From Planctomycetota bacterium (GTDB lineage: Bacteria > Planctomycetota > UBA8108 > SXIK01), in the NCBI GenBank assembly GCA_965223265.1, contig OZ244999.1, forward strand, positions 7,328,001 through 7,392,000: 64,000 nucleotides of DNA. The letters are read 5' to 3'. This document shows positions 61,559 through 64,000 of the stretch, one piece after another. The notes beneath the pieces are model-generated. The model was given only the letters and a program-made list of their open reading frames with translations, was not told where the DNA came from and did no database searches. Position 1 is the stretch's first letter, and each line of letters opens with the position of its first letter. A program made the position numbers and the translations under genes.

Positions 61559-61720
61559 TTTGCGTTTGCGTTTGCGTTTGCGTTTGCGTTTGCGAGTGCG
61601 TTTGCGAGTGCGTGGGCGAGGGCGTTCGCGAGGGCGAGGGAGCACTCTGCTTCTGAATCTGTCTCCGCCTCTGCCTCCGTATCTGTATCTGCTTCTGTAT
61701 CTGTCTCCGCCTCTGCCTCC
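61559..61720. repeat. Two adjacent hexamer repeat tracts: (NNNGCG)x13 and (TCYGNN)x12
   Basis: Six perfect TTTGCG units then variants; the second tract contains a 33-nt direct repeat with one mismatch. Confidence 0.9.
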
Positions 61721-61768
61721 AGTGCCCGCGCGGCGTCGGGGGTCGAGTACCGCCGCCCGGACTTGGCG

Positions 61769-63295
61769 TTAGGTCACGAGCTCGAACAGACGATGTGTCA
61801 ACGACCGCAGTCCGGGATAGAGATCGCGGTAGATCTCGAAAAGTTCATCGTAACGGCGAGCGTGCTCCGGGCGCGGCTCAAGGATCGTTTCGATCTGCGT
61901 CGCGCTCTGGACGATTCGCTGCACTTCCGCCTCAGAGGCTACGTCACCGCGAGCGTGTGCGCCCATCAGCGCAGCCCCAAGCGCTGCGCCCTCCGTCACC
62001 GAAGCGATGGCGATGGGGCGATTCAATATGTCGGCGGCGATTTGCATCCAGACGGGCGACTTGGCGGCGCCGCCGATCGCTTTGTAGCAACTGATCTCGA
62101 CTCCGGCCTCCGCGAGTAGCTCGCTGTTGAGCCGAATCTCGTACACGATTCCCTCCAGGATCGCCTTGACGAGTTCCTTGCGCGTCGTCGTCAGACGGAG
62201 GCCCATCACAGCGCCCATAGCGTGAGGGTCGAGCCAAGGCGTGCCGGTGGTGGTGAAATGAGGCAGCACGACCAAACCGGACGGCGCTTCGGGTAGATCC
62301 GATGTGATCACCTCGTATGGATCGACCCCGCGCTCACGCGCGAGGCCGAGCTCGCCGCCAGCGAGCTGGTCACGGTACCACTTCAGCAAAGAGCCGCCGG
62401 TGAAGTTCCAAGCGATCGAGATCATCTGCCCATCCCCGAACGTCGGGTAATAGCACAGGTTGTTCTCCGCCATCACCTCGGCGGCGGGGATTCGCTTCAG
62501 CCGCACGCCGAGGCAGATCACCGTCCCGGTCGCCAGCATCGATTCGCCGGGCTCGATTCCTGCACCAAGAATCCCAGCCGGCTGATCGTGCAGCCCCCCA
62601 CCGAAAACGGTTCCGCGAGGCAGTCCGAACTCATCAGCCGCCGAAGCACCGAGCTCGCCGACGAGGCCGCCCGGCGCGATCGGCTCAGGCAGCAGGCTGC
62701 GGTCAAGATCTGCCGCAGACAAGATCGTATTGGACCAATCCAGCCGGTGTATATCGAACGCCAGCGTGCGCGCCGCGATGGGGTAGTCCATGCGCGGCTC
62801 GAGCCCCATGCTGGCAGCGACGAAGTCGCCGAAACATAAGAACTTCTTGGCACGCCGAAACTCATCAGGCGCGTGGTCGCGACGCCACAGAATCTTGAAG
62901 AGCGTATGGTACGAGTTGATCCCGTGCCCTGTGATGTCAAACACCTGTTGGTTTGTCAGGCGCGCACGAAACGCCTCCATCTCTCGGTCGCCGCGAGCGT
63001 CGAACCCGACGATCGCGTTCCCGACGGGTTGGTGCGTCGCATCCACCGGCGTCGCGGCCTCGCCGAGTGTCGAGGTGCCGACGCTGCGGATCGGATCACT
63101 CGCGGTGGCGGAGCCCACCTCGCGAGTCACAGCGCGCACGGCGCGGAGCACGTCGTGCGGGTCGAGCTCCAGGTGCCCGGGCTTGGGGCTCTTCAGATCA
63201 TATTCGCGATACGCGGAGGCGAGTAATCGACCGTCTTCACGAAAGGCGACCGCCTTGACGCCGGTGGTCCCTACATCGAGTCCGAGCATGCTCAT
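61769..63295 (-). CDS. FGGY-family carbohydrate kinase (xylulokinase-like)
   Basis: LGLDVGTTGVKA, GGLHDQ, TGGSLLKW, LPHF, AILEG, IGGAAKSPVWMQI.AD, ALGAA. Confidence 0.92.
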   Translation of the reverse strand: MSMLGLDVGTTGVKAVAFREDGRLLASAYREYDLKSPKPGHLELDPHDVLRAVRAVTREVGSATASDPIRSVGTSTLGEAATPVDATHQPVGNAIVGFDARGDREMEAFRARLTNQQVFDITGHGINSYHTLFKILWRRDHAPDEFRRAKKFLCFGDFVAASMGLEPRMDYPIAARTLAFDIHRLDWSNTILSAADLDRSLLPEPIAPGGLVGELGASAADEFGLPRGTVFGGGLHDQPAGILGAGIEPGESMLATGTVICLGVRLKRIPAAEVMAENNLCYYPTFGDGQMISIAWNFTGGSLLKWYRDQLAGGELGLARERGVDPYEVITSDLPEAPSGLVVLPHFTTTGTPWLDPHAMGAVMGLRLTTTRKELVKAILEGIVYEIRLNSELLAEAGVEISCYKAIGGAAKSPVWMQIAADILNRPIAIASVTEGAALGAALMGAHARGDVASEAEVQRIVQSATQIETILEPRPEHARRYDELFEIYRDLYPGLRSLTHRLFELVT

Positions 63296-63747
63296 GGCGA
63301 GAATCCTGTAAAAAGTAAGAGATTCGATGGGTCGATGATCGCGAAACGCTGTGAAAAAACAACGCCATCGAAGGGCCAGAAGCAGCTTCGCATGATCTGT
63401 ACGTCGGACGGAGCACATGTCTTCCGCCTTCGAAGCCTACTTTCGGTGCACTCACTCTCCCACCGGCTGTTCGTCTCAGCAGGCTTGCCTCGCTGATTCT
63501 CCGCCTTGTAAGATGGGTAGGTTACGAGGAATTGAGGTAGGCTGCGAATGTAGCTCCGATGCCTGCGAAGAATCCCGAGCAAGAACTGATGCGTTCTTCG
63601 CTTCTCCAGTGGGCTTTGGGGTTGGGCAGATCCGGACCTATCGCACCGTTACCCCAGCACCTGCAGAAAGGTGACAAGCCGGAGGCGTTCTTGCCGTCAC
63701 TCTTCGCCGCCGTTGGGGTTTGACGCCGCCGAAAAGCGAGAGGCGCT

Positions 63748-64000
63748 ATGCGAACCAGCCGGACGCCGTCCGCAACGTCTGACAACAACGCCTGCGAGAA
63801 ATCGCTAGCCGCAAGAGTGAGCGCGGCGGAATCGATTTCGGCCGCGGTGTCGATTCGACGTCGATGTCTCTTTTCGCTCGCGGGGCTGTTGGTCGCGATT
63901 GCAATCGTCGGGATTCCTACGTACGGTGCGGACCCGAATCCGCAGGGATTCATCCGCACGTGCGGCTACAACCTCCTTTTTCCACTCATCAATTCGTTCG
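63748..64000 (+). CDS. N-terminus of a probable secreted protein (truncated by the window end)
   Basis: GAGAGG RBS then ATG; open frame with RRRCLFSLAGLLVAIAIVGIPTYGA signal-like segment. Confidence 0.5.
   Translation, partial: MRTSRTPSATSDNNACEKSLAARVSAAESISAAVSIRRRCLFSLAGLLVAIAIVGIPTYGADPNPQGFIRTCGYNLLFPLINSF

Overview
GC-rich bacterial chromosomal window, probably Planctomycetota (inferred from gene content and the Cys-framed dockerin-like C-termini of the secreted proteins). It is mostly housekeeping and metabolic genes: purH, thiC with a TPP riboswitch, alpha2-type glyS-scpA-fmt-rsmB, panB, glgC, galT, LysR-gltBD, a siroheme nitrite/sulfite reductase and an FGGY kinase. Two large tandem secreted CotH-kinase/lamin-tail/dockerin-like paralogues lie near the end. 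I found no tRNA, rRNA, CRISPR array or transposase gene. The most notable items are: (1) an apparently intact archaeal/eukaryotic-type Pus10 tRNA pseudouridine synthase, coupled to a tandem SRPBCC gene; (2) two families of TA-flanked miniature inverted-repeat elements that occur twice as the same fused ~437-bp composite; (3) candidate cis-regulatory or small RNAs behind recognisable promoter motifs; (4) a nucleotidyltransferase homologue with its catalytic residues replaced, a TMTC-like glycosyltransferase, and a membrane polyferredoxin with a stretched cluster motif that the ORF track missed. All family calls are motif recognition by eye; no searches were run.
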